Translations under genes and position numbers: made by a program
Origin: Eledone cirrhosa
Lineage: Eukaryota
NCBI GenBank assembly: GCA_964016885.1
Contig: OZ024742.1
Location: forward strand, 314,216,001-314,280,000
Direction: 5' to 3'
DNA length: 64,000 nucleotides
Notes under the pieces: generated by a model
The model's database searches: none
What the model saw: only the letters and a program-made list of their open reading frames with translations
What the model was told of the DNA's origin: nothing
Shown here: one piece after another, positions 11,301 to 24,910 of the stretch
Layout: each line of letters opens with the position of its first letter
How positions within the stretch are numbered: the first letter of the stretch is position 1

Positions 11301-11650
11301 TCCGTTTGTTAGTGGTGCCGCAAGTGCTGCAGCTGTCGATTTGCAGGGGTGGGGGATGGGGCGTGGGCCGGGGACTGGGGCACCGAGCGGCATCAGGGGT
11401 GGGTGGCTGGTGTGTATGGTTGGAAGGGAAAGTGCTGGTAAGAGGGCAGCATATATATATGGAGGTGCCAGAAAACGAAAGCGAAAAGGGGCTGCATGGA
11501 GGGGGAGACAAGGGAAGGTAGAATGGCAGTAAATGAATGAGTGAATGGATGGATGTACACAAAAAGGGGGGGGGGGCAATGGGTTGTTACCAGCGGAAAG
11601 ACCCAGAGTTCAGCACGCATACATGCGAGCAACTGAGCAGTTTGTCAAAG
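8390..11650 (-). mobile_element. CRE-clade non-LTR retrotransposon (PHD finger + RT + restriction-like endonuclease), disrupted by frameshifts/stops
   Basis: ORF pieces give a PHD-like C4HC3 (CSTC...CLGCGCFHHLPC...WRCRSC), RT (KKKGGIRPIA, KLDMRNA, GVQQGDPLGPLLF, WYLDD, LPIRYGGLGL), a Zn-knuckle remnant (GLHLLSC, RHTALN) and RLE (KRPDGMT, WDAT, LAVETSG). Strongly GC-rich relative to the flanks. Confidence 0.88.
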
Positions 11651-11728
11651 ACGATATTCTCAGTGGACGCGCTTACAATATTACTGTTGGCTTCTTGTTC
11701 ACATTAATTTCTCTATTTTCATTTATAT

Positions 11729-12660
11729 ATAAATGGAAAAATATGAAACGAAATTTCATTTCCCACTCTTAGTACGGCTGTTACTTAAATATAAGTATGT
11801 ACACGTACATACATATATGTATACAGACGTACAGTAGTATGTATATATATATACATACATGCACACATATATATATATGTACGTATGGATTCACCGAACA
11901 TTTATTATAATGCTCGATGTGTTTGTAAACAAACATCCCGTATTAAGCCGTAGTGTCTAGCAACCATCGTTGCTCGTTTGCTCAACACTGAAAAAGGAAC
12001 CCTGTACTAGTTTCAAGCTTATTAGCTATAGTCAGCAACGTATACCTTCCTGCCAGATTGTTGAACGTATATACTTACCTTATGCATATTAACGGCTGAG
12101 TAGCCCAATTTGCATATCGAGTGGGTTAATCGGCCGGGTGCACCGAAAACGATAAACGGAAAATATGAAACGAAATTTCATTTCCCACTCTTAGTACGGC
12201 TGTTACTTAAATATAAGTATGTACACCTACATACATATATGTATACAGACGTACAGTAGTATGTATATATATATACATACATGCACACATATATATATGT
12301 ACGTATGGATTCACCGAACATTTATCATAATGCTCGATGTGTTTGTAAACAAACATCCCGTATTAAGCCGTAGTGTCTAGCAACCATCGTTGCTCGTTTG
12401 CTCAACACTGACAAAGGAACGCTGTACTAGTTTCAAGCTTAATAGCTATAGTCAGCAACGTATACCTTCCTGCCAGATTGTTGAACGTATATACTTACCT
12501 TATGCATATTAACGGCTGAGTAGCCCAATTTGCATAGCGAGCATTATAATAAATGTTCGGTGAATCCATACGTACATATATATATGTGTGCATGTATGTA
12601 TATATATATACATACTACTGTACGTCTGTATACATATATGTATGTACGTGTACATACTTA
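11729..12660 (-). mobile_element. Family F2 (relative of F1) tandem ~420 bp units plus inverted partial copy at 12542-12660
   Basis: Units start at about 11729 and 12152 and are homologous to F1 (gaaatttcatttc.cactcttagta, tactagtttcaagctt, aacggctgag...atttgcat). Confidence 0.85.
12419..12461 (-). ncRNA. Hammerhead-like motif with variant core CUGACUA (F2; second copy at 11999-12041)
   Basis: ACGUUG-CUGACUA-U-AGCU-AUUA-AGCU-U-GAAA-CUAG-UA-CAGCGU. Stems are retained but G8 is replaced by U. Confidence 0.55.
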
Positions 12661-12669
12661 CATTTACAC

Positions 12670-12743
<74 letters not shown>

Positions 12744-12765
12744 GTTTGTGGGGGAGGGGGAGGGG

Positions 12766-13320
12766 TCAACCTCTTAAAGGGCTACTGGGGCAAAAACGGC
12801 TAAGGTCATGGCTGTTTAGGTAGTCGGTGTCATAGGTAAATCTAAGTAGGAGGCCCAGTTCATCTGTGTCGACGTCGCAGAACTCCATCTCACTCTCACT
12901 GATCATCTCCACACATTTTTTCACAGCAAAATCAATGTTAATGGATGGGTATAGTGATACCACATCCATTCTGCCTATTATGCAGTTGGATAGGTTTTTG
13001 TTTTTGTTGCATTCATTGATTCTGCTGCGGAGGTCCTCTGTACTGTCACATAAATCTGGGCACATCTTGATTATGGGGCGTATAACCATTGAGAGCAAGT
13101 AGGAGATCCTGTATTTGCAAGCGATATTAGCTCCGCATACAGGTCTTGTTGGTGGCCCTGTTGTCGGGTCTTCGACTGTCTTATGGTCTTTGCGGAGCCC
13201 ATACAAGTGTGGTATGTCATTGTTAGATGCCTGGAAGTTGTTCACAGTGCGTCTACTTGGTTTTAGGATGTCGGTCCACATCATCATGTGAGCGTTGAGG
13301 ATCTTCTCTCTCCCCTCATG
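12766..13320 (-). pseudogene. Penelope-like element reverse transcriptase fragment
   Basis: IPHLYGLRKDHK...PTRPVCG and MDVVSLYPSI match the PLE RT motifs P.LYGL.K.HK...RP and DV.SLY. Confidence 0.8.
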
Positions 13321-13837
13321 TGTGAGTGCAAGTGAGAATTACATTTTTTCTTCTTTATTTTGTCCGGTTAATTTTCCTTCACAATTCATTGTCAATCCTT
13401 CACCAAGATATTTATTTTGAATATATCAGTTTCCGTATTGACTAATATATAAGCAGTCTGTCGATGAGATTATTTGTTGTTATAACTGAAATTAAGCTGA
13501 ATGAGTGCCAACTCTCATGATCATTTATGTCTTGGATCCATATGTTATATGTAGGAGTAACAATTTCAAAATTGGATTAGATAATGGAAATTGATATACG
13601 AACGTCAAAATGTTTGCAGTTTAATGTTGATTCAACCACTCAACGATACTTCAGAAGAGGAGAAATTAAGAGTAGCTGAAATGAAATTAAACGAAAGAGA
13701 ACCTCTAAGAAGGAAGTTTTGTTTGTGTAATTTTATTAAAACAAAACAGTTTACTAAAATTTACTGTAACGGATACGTTTGTGTGTGTGTCGCTCTCTCA
13801 TTCTCTCCCTTTCACTCTCCCTCTCTTTTACTATATA

Positions 13838-14149
<312 letters not shown>

Positions 14150-14559
14150 ATGTGCTTTCCTAAACGATGGCAGACGGTAATTGCAATTGATTATTGTAAC
14201 ACGTTTCTAAAACGTCAACTACAATAACAAATTTGTCTTTGGAAGAAATCGGCTGTATTCCGTCCTAGAAAAGGATGAGCTCCACCACTTTTTAAAATGC
14301 CTCAGACACGTCGTAATCATGACGGCGTCCCCTAAGACTCCATCATAACTTACTATATGTCCTATTTCCCAAAACATCATGTTATATTCCAATAATATTT
14401 CACGTATCATTTTCAAACGTGATCAATGCCGTAATCATGGTAGTAGACTTGAATGGCACTGGTAGAGTACCTAATCGGTGGAAATGGCGAAAATATTCAT
14501 GTCCTCATGTGTGCTGAAACTCCGTCGAATCCAACAAATGTTTAAGTTATTTGACGAAA

Positions 14560-14810
14560 ACAGAACAGCCTGCTCATGAAATTAATATTCCATATACGCG
14601 TGCTCTCTTAATACAATTATCAGAGATTCAACGCCACACAATGTGTGTCAAGGCCAGCTCTTTGAATAAAATGTACAACAAATTTTGCTAGCTGTGTGCA
14701 TTAGAGCAACGTGAAATAAGGTGTCTTCCTTAAAGTCACAACTTGCTACTGGGAATCGAACTCATGACATTACAATTATGAGCCATATATCCTAACAATT
14801 AACCCACGCA
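14560..14810 (-). mobile_element. Degenerate CORE-type SINE
   Basis: gagcaacgtgaaataaggtgtcttccttaaagtcacaac...gggaatcgaactc (reverse B-box). Related pieces lie at 57900-58045, 16090-16200, 32960-33055 and 62285-62450. Confidence 0.6.
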
Positions 14811-15549
14811 CCGACAAAACTATTAAAGTAGCTTGACTTTTTAACATCCTTGAAGTTTCTCGCGTCAAAATCTAATGGCAGAAAATCTATTTAGCAAATG
14901 TTTTGGCTGGAGCAAAGCATATTAACCGAAACAGTAAATTATACGGAAACGTTTACTGTCTGGGTAGTAATACACAGCGTCGCGATATGGGATATTAAAG
15001 TAAAGCAATAAACTTGTGACAGTTAACCATTCGCTAAGTTTTGAATGTAGACGTGTAATAAGCATTGCTACTTTAATGTCTTATTTAGTAATTTACTTAT
15101 AAAATTATTGGTAGATTCTACAACTTCTGACCATGTGTTTAAAGAGAAAATATTTTGCTCTTGTTATATAACATCCATCTATGTTGTTGGTAGAAGGTGA
15201 GTGGCTTATTGGTTAGGTTGGTTGGCTCACAATTGTAAAGTCACGAATAACTTTACTACATAGTACTAGGAAAATTTACTAGAATAATCCAGGTGACTTT
15301 CACTGAAATTATTATCCACAGATTTGTATACAAAATGAATGTAGACTACAGTTTTAAGTCTCAGAGGCACAATACTGCTTGCAATATTCACTGCTTGTAA
15401 CCCTAAGAGCTAATGTCCCATCTTATACACCTCGGTTTCTTTTTGTTGCATTTTAATGGACTATTTTAATTAAAACGTGTTAATAAATATGCATTCTGTT
15501 TTGGAATGTATCCTATATATCTTTTATATAAGGGATTTAATTAATAATG

Positions 15550-15935
15550 ATTTCGGATTTAGGAACAAGGCCAACATTTCTTGTGGGGGGGGGGGAGTCG
15601 ATTAAATCAGCCCCAGTGAGTTACTGGTACTTTAATTTATCGACACCGTAAGAATGAATGGCAGAGCTAACCACGCAGGGATTTGATCTTAGAACCTAAA
15701 GGGACGTAACTTTATGCCACAAATCATGGTGATCGCCGCTTTACCTATCCTGATGGTTTGTGATTTAGGCACAAGGCCAGCAATTTGATTAAATCAACCC
15801 TAGTGCGTTACTGGTACGTTAAGTTACCAACCCTGTAAGGATGAAAGACAAAGCTAACCGCGGCAGGATTTGAACTCACAAAATAAAGGGCCGTAATTCA
15901 ATGCCACGAAGCATGTTGTTCGAGGCTCTACCGAT
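15550..15935 (-). mobile_element. Two adjacent degenerate SINE copies
   Basis: Two successive agg.acaaggcc...actggtac...ggatttga motif series. Confidence 0.7.
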
Positions 15936-17183
15936 AAAAATGATGTCTAGAATTTAGCAAGTGGACGCAGCACGTCCTAATAATTACGACGGTTGTTTTG
16001 CAATCAGAACCACCCGAGTTAACTTCTACTATGTGAGTAAACCTGGGTAGACGGAAACTCATTTTCAATGTACTTGTACTTGAAAAGATTCACCTCACCA
16101 CACACTGAGTCATGCTGAATCTCTCTGAGAAATACCTGACGAGGACACGTGTCTGTGGAATACTCAACTAATTGCACATTAATTCCACCATCAGGCTGTT
16201 ATCTTTCCTATTTATTTTGTCCTCACAGAATGGATAGAATTATGGAATCAAATCAAGTGGGACATCAGCTTAAAGCGGAGAATTGGATTCCGTTACATAA
16301 AGTAAATACAGATGCGATGTGAGTGATTATTTCTACTGACATGTCATTTCAACTAGCTTTGATATATACATTATCAATTTGATTTCAGGATGTATAAAGT
16401 CACTACTAACTCGTGCATTTTCAAAAGACGTTAGGAAAATAAAATAACTTCAACAATCAATCAAAACGAGATTAGTCACTTGGCACAACACACGAAGTTA
16501 CTAAACTATAGTGCCTGATAATCCATATTAGGTTATTGAATAAAGGCTGTAACGTTCTGTCACATAGAAAAGCATATTAATATCAATCAAAAACAGTTAT
16601 TATTTAGCTCCTTTTCAAAATGAAGTCTTAGTAGCATTAATAGACACGTTTAATTTCCATAAGGCGGCGAATTAACAGACTCGGATTAAATGCCTTCGGG
16701 TTTTAATTCTGGTTTAGAGCATTCTATGTTCTAATCTTCATGTCAACTTTCGTCCTTGCAGGATTGTTAAAAAGATTACCAATTGAGGGTTGAGCTTTAT
16801 TTATATTTGAAAGTATTGTTTTAATCACTATTTCATCTATTTCAGAGAAAAGGTTTCATATATCTTCCACAAGTTTTCTTCCACTTTTCTTTTCTTCTAC
16901 TTCTTCTTCTCCTCCTCATCCTCTTGCTCCTTCTACTTCTTCTTCTCCTCATCCTCTTGATTCTTCTCTTTCTTCTTCCATACAGAATTACAGAATCGGT
17001 TTTGTATTGATTTCGTTTTGTAATAACCATAAATATTGACGTTTAAAAATATTTCAGTATATTTGGTTTAATAAAACACTTTTGAGAGTTTCTGATCATT
17101 CATGTGATAAATCAGTTTTGTATTTACATTTGCGACCTTTATATACATAAATAAACAAATATAGACATTTATTTATCATTGAA

Positions 17184-17290
17184 ATAATTGTTTCTACTTT
17201 TTGGCACAAGGCCAGCAATTATCCCATACATTACTGGTACTTTATTTTATCGACCCCGTAAGGATGAAAGGCAAAGTTAACCTCGGCAAA
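17184..17290 (-). mobile_element. 5'-truncated SINE
   Basis: Family match, with TSD tcattgaaataat. Confidence 0.8.
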
Positions 17291-17755
17291 GTTAACCTAT
17301 TTCTCATTGAAATAATGATCTTGGGTTAAGTTTCATCCTACTGTTATAAAACAAAAGAAATGGCCGTGCTAACGGGTAAGACTTGACATGGTCAGTTGAC
17401 ATGTTAGAAATAGCAGCCTTGTAACTCTTTCAGCTCACTGTGTTAAAGTGAAAATGACACAACATAATTTTAAATACACTTTTTTCAGATATACGAAAAA
17501 CAAACATTGATGACCTCTGGATAATGAGTAAAACACGATATGGTCGCTTGACCTGATAGAAATAGCAGTCGTGTCATATTTATTATACACCCTACACTTT
17601 TAACACTTGGAATGACACATTGCATAACGTAAACGTAATTTCATACATAATCTAAAAATAAAAAGAAATAGCCTGGACATAGCTGGAATGCTATTCTTTA
17701 ATTGTGATCTGAGGTCTAAAAGACAGCAATAACAATTGATGATTTAAACCAATGA

Positions 17756-17957
17756 CAGACCTGCAAACCTCTAAAACTCCAAACGGGGAGTACCATAAAA
17801 AAAAAAGTGCCTCAAAACGGGGAGAAATGATGCCAAACTGGTAGATTTTACATTATGAAAGCTATACCCATTTTCACAAGAGAAGTCATCTTTCACCCAC
17901 CCCAAAGGGGATGTAAGACCCCCCCCCCCTGTAGGACGGGGAGATTTGACAGGTTTG
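17756..17957. mobile_element. MITE with CAGACCTG-type TIRs (copy 1)
   Basis: Ends cagacctgcaaac / tttgacaggtttg and is homologous to 53121-53316. Flanks are caatga/aaatga. Confidence 0.7.
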
Positions 17958-18899
17958 AAATGAGTTAGATATCAAAATATTTGTAAATATTAGAAGCACT
18001 GTATATTTCATAAATACTTACATCAAATGTTGGTTTACCAGGGGAAAGAGAGATACAGAAGATGTAATAGTCTATGGTCTCGATTTAAGAATTCTCAACC
18101 ATGGAACATTTTGAAAATTTCAAACTCTTCTTCCAAAGATTGTTGTTTGTCTCATTTCCGCTATAATAGACATATGATCTGGCATCTCTACTATGACTGT
18201 CCTGCCTTTTCCTTTTCTATGTATCATGTACGCTGAAATACATTATCAAGTCTGTCTATCAATTTACAAAAAATAATATAGAACTTCATTAGAGAAGGAT
18301 GTCGCTGCTCTATCTAGCAGGTTGGGCGATCAGGTAGAGCCATTTCTGTTGATTTGTCTCTCACATGTAAATAAAGTATTTAGGTCAGACTTTATTCAGA
18401 TTCATTTTACACCCCCCTCGCTAATCATATTTTTATTAAACCAAACGAAATACAAGATTAAGTATATTTAACCTTTTCTTGAATTTCGATTTATTTGTGT
18501 GTTTTATAAGTCCCATAGGTGGAGGGATGTTCTGTGTTTCATTGAAAGCCAGTCTAGTTATTGTTTATATTTCCGTTGTTGTTATAATATGAAAGTATGA
18601 CCACAGATGTGGTGGTGGTGGCTCAAACTGTTCAATATACTAAACAAATCTCCCTCAAATTACAGTCCACTGTCGTATAAATAGTAATGTTGAATGATGT
18701 CTCCTGGCGTACATGCTAAAAAGAAACCGGGATGGTCATGGCTGGAATGCCTTAAATTATAGGTTATCCAATCAAGTTTTGACAAAGTGCTAATCCAAAA
18801 CAGCAACAAAGCAACAGCTCAGCCGAACAACAGTCGATCCTTTTTGGCCTCCTGTTCAAAGAACATCAACCTACTTTGTAAAATCCTTCTTCCATCTAG

Positions 18900-20260
18900 T
18901 TCACTGTCATGATGGTTCAGTAAGTAGTCCTCACGCAGCCAAAGATTCCCATTTGCTGAGCATTTAACATCAAACTCCTCGTTTTACAAACTAAATAAAT
19001 TGAATTAAAAACGCGACTTACCAATATTTACAAATACAGAGCCGACAAAATACGAAAACAATTCCAGTCGCTTCAAATAAAGGAAACCACCGGCCATGAT
19101 AATACCGCGTAATAATGTGCATTAGATCCAAACTCCTCAAACACGTCTCTCACTACAATGTGCCTCATTCTGTAGAAAGGCTGCCTATCTCAAAACAGCA
19201 TCTCAAAACAGACGAAGGCATCTCTGACTAACAGCCTTCGAATGTCTTTCATTAATGATCATTAGTACAACTTTCATAAATCCAAATATACTGAAGACCT
19301 ACGCCTCAACCTCATTGACTATCAAAGGAATTTGGCGAAAACAATGTTGTAGGTTTTGAATTCAGCGAGATATTTCATCTTTTTGATGGATAGTTTTCAA
19401 TCAGCTTCTATAGTTACATCGTGTGCTGACAAATCCTTTTCTAACTCAAAACACCGTTTCGTTCAAATTCACAGCAATTCTGCTCTCACTCTTTCTTCTA
19501 TATAGCAACAACCTATTTAACTTCAGCTCTAACAATGAACATTCTTACACATATGCAAACCTCTTAACCCACATATCTATATACAATCTAGATGCTTTAC
19601 TTCAAACCTGTAATAATTTAAACCAGTAATAACCTCTAAAAAATACACCAAAGTTATGATGTTTGTTTCAACTGCTAGAAGACATAACCACTGCACATAT
19701 GAATTAAACATTACCACCTCTCCCAAATATGAACTGCTCGCAACCCCTAAAGTCATTTAAATGCTAAGCATCATCATCACTGAAGATCTATTCCTGTGAG
19801 TGCAAATCCTCTACATAGCAAAGACCCATCACTAATAGTGTCCTTTTCCTCTGAATGAGAAAAATATTTTAGACGTTGAATTATTGCTCTCACGGCAGGG
19901 ATGATACTGATTCTATACACTCCATCATCATAGATAGAACCAAAGAAAAAGCACGCACTTGATTGGTCTGTAGTCGTCCAGTGAGATACACCAATCTCTA
20001 GTTCACAGGTGCGTTGTCTCCTCTTTCCCTCTACCTCATAGACAAATACAGTAGTGGCTTCTTCTATTTGGAGCTGGGTGTCTTCGTTTCAACTTCTCTC
20101 ATGCACTATATACTCACTCATCATCCATTCAATTTTCACAGACAGTGTCTTCACTCCAGGCGTCGTATTAACCACTGCACCCTATTGAATTTTGCTTGGA
20201 CTCGAGAAATTCTTATCTGCGTAGGGTATACTCGTACCCCTCAACATGTAAATGTTTATT
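18900..20260 (+). pseudogene. Highly decayed CR1/Jockey-like LINE RT relic
   Basis: Residual motifs occur in the expected order: a TG.DN-like segment (~19090), a QYNF.KS..TEDL segment (~19265) and LSLFLLYSNNLF...EHSY (ORF 19423-19629, compare P.LFLLYINDL...HSYADD). Confidence 0.45.
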
Positions 20261-20705
20261 AAGAACATTACCGATGTCGATCATACCAGTATCAGTTAGC
20301 GTGGAAGGTCACAGGCGCAATCCCTTCATTCAGACAAATATTATAAAAATATATAAATATACAGAAGAGTTAAGTGACAAAACTGTAGCAGATTCTGAAT
20401 AAGAAATGTGATATAGAAAACTAGTTAGGAAGAAATATTCAGTTACTTTCACAATATCTGCTTCGACTGTAAAACAGAAAGATGCGAGGATGACACGGTT
20501 ATAACAGACATGGTGTTGATATCATTAGATTTTTGGTTCTATGATCGACAAGTTTGAATGAATATTTTATTTAATCAGGATATTATTAATAATGAAATCA
20601 GAATGGATTTAGGTCGACAGCAGGTTTCTATATTTTATTCATAACAAATTCTAATCAGAGATATATTTATATTCACATCTATCTCGCTGTTTGTCTGGCT
20701 CTCAG

Positions 20706-20774
<69 letters not shown>

Positions 20775-21120
20775 TTAAAACAATGAAATGAAAAATCAAG
20801 TCATTAGAGATATACTTCACTGCTTTACGATCGTTTCTAGATGGTGATAATACATTGTATCTATACTCAGTTATTGATCTATGTAAGTTTACAAACTATC
20901 ATATAGAGAGAATATTTACTTACATGCATATCACCAGCTGTTTTCAAAAGCAATAATAATTTTACTCAGAATTAGTATCATGTCCATATTTGGAGGTAGT
21001 TGAAGAAATAACGAATCAAATTGCTTTTTTCATATGGTTTTAAGATGAAAAGTAATACACTTTATTAAATAAAAGACAGGAATTGATCATAGTCTGTAAT
21101 CACCGTATACGAAAAACATT

Positions 21121-21318
21121 TAAATACTATAAACCTAATTAAATACTATAAACCTAATTAAATACTATTAACCTAATTAAATACTATTAACCTAATTAAA
21201 TACTATTAACCTAATTAAATACTATTAACCTAATTAAATACTATAAACCTAATTAAATACTATAAACCTAATTAAATACTATTAACCTAATTAAATACTA
21301 TAAACCTAATTAAATATT
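21121..21318. repeat. 19-bp minisatellite (taaatacta[t/a]aacctaat)n, about 10 copies
   Basis: Direct reading of the sequence. Confidence 0.9.
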
Positions 21319-21519
21319 CTAAATAGCAACTCACTATAATTCCGTATAGAATAACATTTATTAGTATCTCGTTCCCCTAATTATATGCTTTCATGCTTAT
21401 TTTTGCCTTTTAATGTTTTAGCTTCCTTAGATTTATGCGTTAATGACTAAAGGTAACAAGATACACAGCCACCCGTAATTGCATGAGAGAAAATAAACAT
21501 CTATGTATGATATGGAAAT

Positions 21520-21544
21520 ATATTTATGTATGTATATATTTGTG

Positions 21545-21609
<65 letters not shown>

Positions 21610-21780
21610 GTATATGTATATGTTTACGTATGTGTATATGTGTATATATGTATATGCTTGTGTATGTATGTGTATATGTGTATGTATGTATATGTATATG
21701 TATGTATATGTGTATATATTTGTATATATATATGGGTATGTATATATATGTGTATATGTATATATATGTATGTGTGTGTG

Positions 21781-21833
<53 letters not shown>

Positions 21834-21930
21834 ATATATTCGTTTGTGTGTGTGTATGTGTGTATATATATATGTATGTATGTATGTATGTGTGTGTCTA
21901 TATGTATGTACATGTATATATGTATGTATA

Positions 21931-21983
<53 letters not shown>

Positions 21984-22060
21984 ATATGTATATGTATATA
22001 TGGGAGTATAGATGTCTATGTGTGGATATAGATATGTATGGATATGTATATATATGATTA
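21520..22060. repeat. Compound TA/TG/TATG low-complexity tract
   Basis: Direct reading of the sequence. Confidence 0.9.
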
Positions 22061-23077
22061 TATGCATGCGTGTGGATGTGTATTTAGGTTTGCATCTATT
22101 TTCACGTATGTATATTTTGGTTAGATATCAATATAACTGTACCTCTCTATATATGTGGTGTGAATATATGCACTTTGTAGACTATGAAATTTATGTCTTT
22201 TAACTATGCCAGCATGTACTTATCTGAGTTTGATTGTTTATGCATAAACATACTTAGTAATATTTTAGAGTGTATAATATGTTATATTATACTGAGTTCA
22301 ATTTACCACACCGTACTATATGCTGTTGGTTAAGTTGTATATTATCGCATTACTATATCACATTATCTTATTATACTTTTCATCTTTTAATATACTATCT
22401 TTGCTAGCCATAACATTAATTTATATTCACCTTAAAACTCAATACAACACTAATCACCATTTATTTTGACATTCCTTTTAAATTCACTATACAAGATACA
22501 TTCAACTATCAGTTTGACAATCCCCTTTCTAATAGATTGTTATGCCATTTCTACTAACACCTTTCAACCATTCCTTTCAAAGGGTCATGACCTCAACTAA
22601 AGTGTATTACTTTTCATCTTAAAACCATATGAAAAAAACAATTTGATTCGTTAGTTCTTCAACTACCTCCAAATATGGACATGATACTAACTCTGAGTAA
22701 AATTATTATTGAATAAAATTATTATTGCTTTTAAAACCAGCTGGTGATATGTATGTAAGTAAATATTCTCTCTATCTGATAGTTTGTAAACTTACATAGA
22801 TCAATAACTGAGTATAGATACAATGTATTATCAGCATCTAGAAACGATCGTAAAGCAGTGAAGTATATCTCTAATGACTTGATTTTTTATTTCATTGTTT
22901 TAACTTATATCATGACTCTGTTTTCCTTTTCATGTTTTATTGTTTTCTGAGATTTATCTTAACCTACAACATTTTCAACATATGGATTACATTGAGTCCT
23001 TCATACAGAATAGATCCCACAACTTACAGTGGATACCTCTGTGTATATATATATTTCTGAGAGCCAGACAAACAGCG

Positions 23078-23139
<62 letters not shown>

Positions 23140-24215
23140 GTGCGTGTGTGTGTGTATAGAAACTCAAAATAGTCTTTTACAATTAAATAGCTCAAAGAAG
23201 GGAATCTTTCCGAGCCGTGTAATATAATTGTATATATGAGAGGGATGAACACAGATATAAGTATACATGTGTTCCAATTGCAAATGACCAAGTTAGCTAG
23301 GTTGAAAAATACTAATTTAAAACAATATATATATATACATATGAAAGAAAGAAAGAGTAGAAGGCCATTTTCGTTTAACCTTTTATACATAATTGTTACT
23401 CTTTCTTGCTCAATTACTTTCATAGTTATATTTAAGACATATTTTATAAACAACCTTGTTTTACAATTAATATTGTTCTGAACATGACAGCTCTGAGATT
23501 TCGGTGTACTAAAATACCTATATATCAGATATATGAAGCCAATTATAAAGGAACATGCCTTATTTAAGTTTACAATGTGACAATGTGTGTTAGTATGGTA
23601 CATTATTGCTTTGATTTTTGCATCATTTCTTGGTATGAAGGTGATATTAGTCTTAATCTCCACAGGACTTCATATTTTAAACTAGGCATTGACGGTTTTA
23701 GTTAAAGCAGTTGTGTTTCTCATTTTCGAAACAAAAACCAGTCTCATGCACCTTCATCATACATTTACTATCGAGTCGATGCTAAAACTGTTTCCTGGCT
23801 ATTATAAAATATTTATGCTCTGATATTTTAACCATTTTATGTTGGTCCTTGCTCTATGACATGAGGGCACCATCTCTTTTGAAAGCTGCTTTATTTTAAA
23901 CATGGAAAGATATTTCGTTTTAATATAGTTTCTTAAACAATTAATTAGCAATTATAATTGCCATAACATCATCATCACTACCAGTCGGAAAACATCAGTT
24001 TTACAGGCAACACATCTGCATTTTCGTTTGCCCCTCAAAAACTTTAGTCCAACGCATCAGAATGAAAAAGTTTTCCTATCACTCTATAAGACATTATAAT
24101 AATATTCTCTTGTCCATTAAACATGATCTCTTCCTCATAAAGGCCGCTTCTATCTTTGAAGAATATTTGGGTATGTCAATACGGCGCTCTTATGACTTTA
24201 TCAAGAGTTACGGTA

Positions 24216-24280
<65 letters not shown>

Positions 24281-24285
<5 letters not shown>

Positions 24286-24400
24286 GTTTCTACTTTTTGG
24301 CACAAGGCCAGCAAATACCCAGTGCATTATTGGTACTTTATTTTATCGACCCCGTAAGGATGAAAGGCAAAGTCAACCTCGGCGGGATATGAACTCAGAT
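24281..24400 (-). mobile_element. 5'-truncated SINE
   Basis: Family match. Confidence 0.8.
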
Positions 24401-24429
24401 CGTCATATATATAATACTTATAGATATGT

Positions 24430-24521
<92 letters not shown>

Positions 24522-24749
24522 ATGGTCGCGTAACTCTCGATAAAGTCGTAAGGATGCTATATACGGTGCTTCTTAGGCATGTTAAGCCTGGTGGAGCCCA
24601 ACCCTAACCGGGGATATAACACACACACATATATGTATACAATTAATAATATATATATATAAATATATAAATATATAATTTATAATATATATATATATAA
24701 ATATATGATTTATTTTATATATATATATAATCTATGATATATATACATA

Positions 24750-24910
24750 CCGTAATTCCCGGCGTCGAAGGCGCTACTTTTTTTTCTAAAATAAGTCTAA
24801 AAAATCTACCATGCATCCTGGAGGCCGAAGGTTGTTTTTTATTTTTGTTTGGTTGTCAAAACCAGGGTGCGTCCTCGAGGACGAAGCGTCTTCGGCGCCG
24901 AGAAATACGG
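24750..24910. mobile_element. Tc1/mariner(pogo)-like MITE
   Basis: TIRs ccgtaattcccggcgtcgaaggcgc / gcgtcttcggcgccgagaaatacgg, flanked by TA on both sides. Confidence 0.75.

Larger units (their letters stand above)
20676..23080. mobile_element. Family F4 large inverted-repeat structure
   Basis: About 300 bp inverted arms at 20765-21065 / 22597-22910 and outer arms at 20680-20710 / 23050-23080, enclosing a minisatellite and microsatellites. Confidence 0.75.

Noticed and set aside
8538-11772. Plus-strand ORFs over the CRE element
   Set aside because: They are antisense frames left open by high GC. The conserved motifs are on the minus strand.
23001-23663. 220-aa minus ORF
   Set aside because: It ends in microsatellite and has no convincing domain. 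It could be a decayed PLE endonuclease region, but this cannot be supported.
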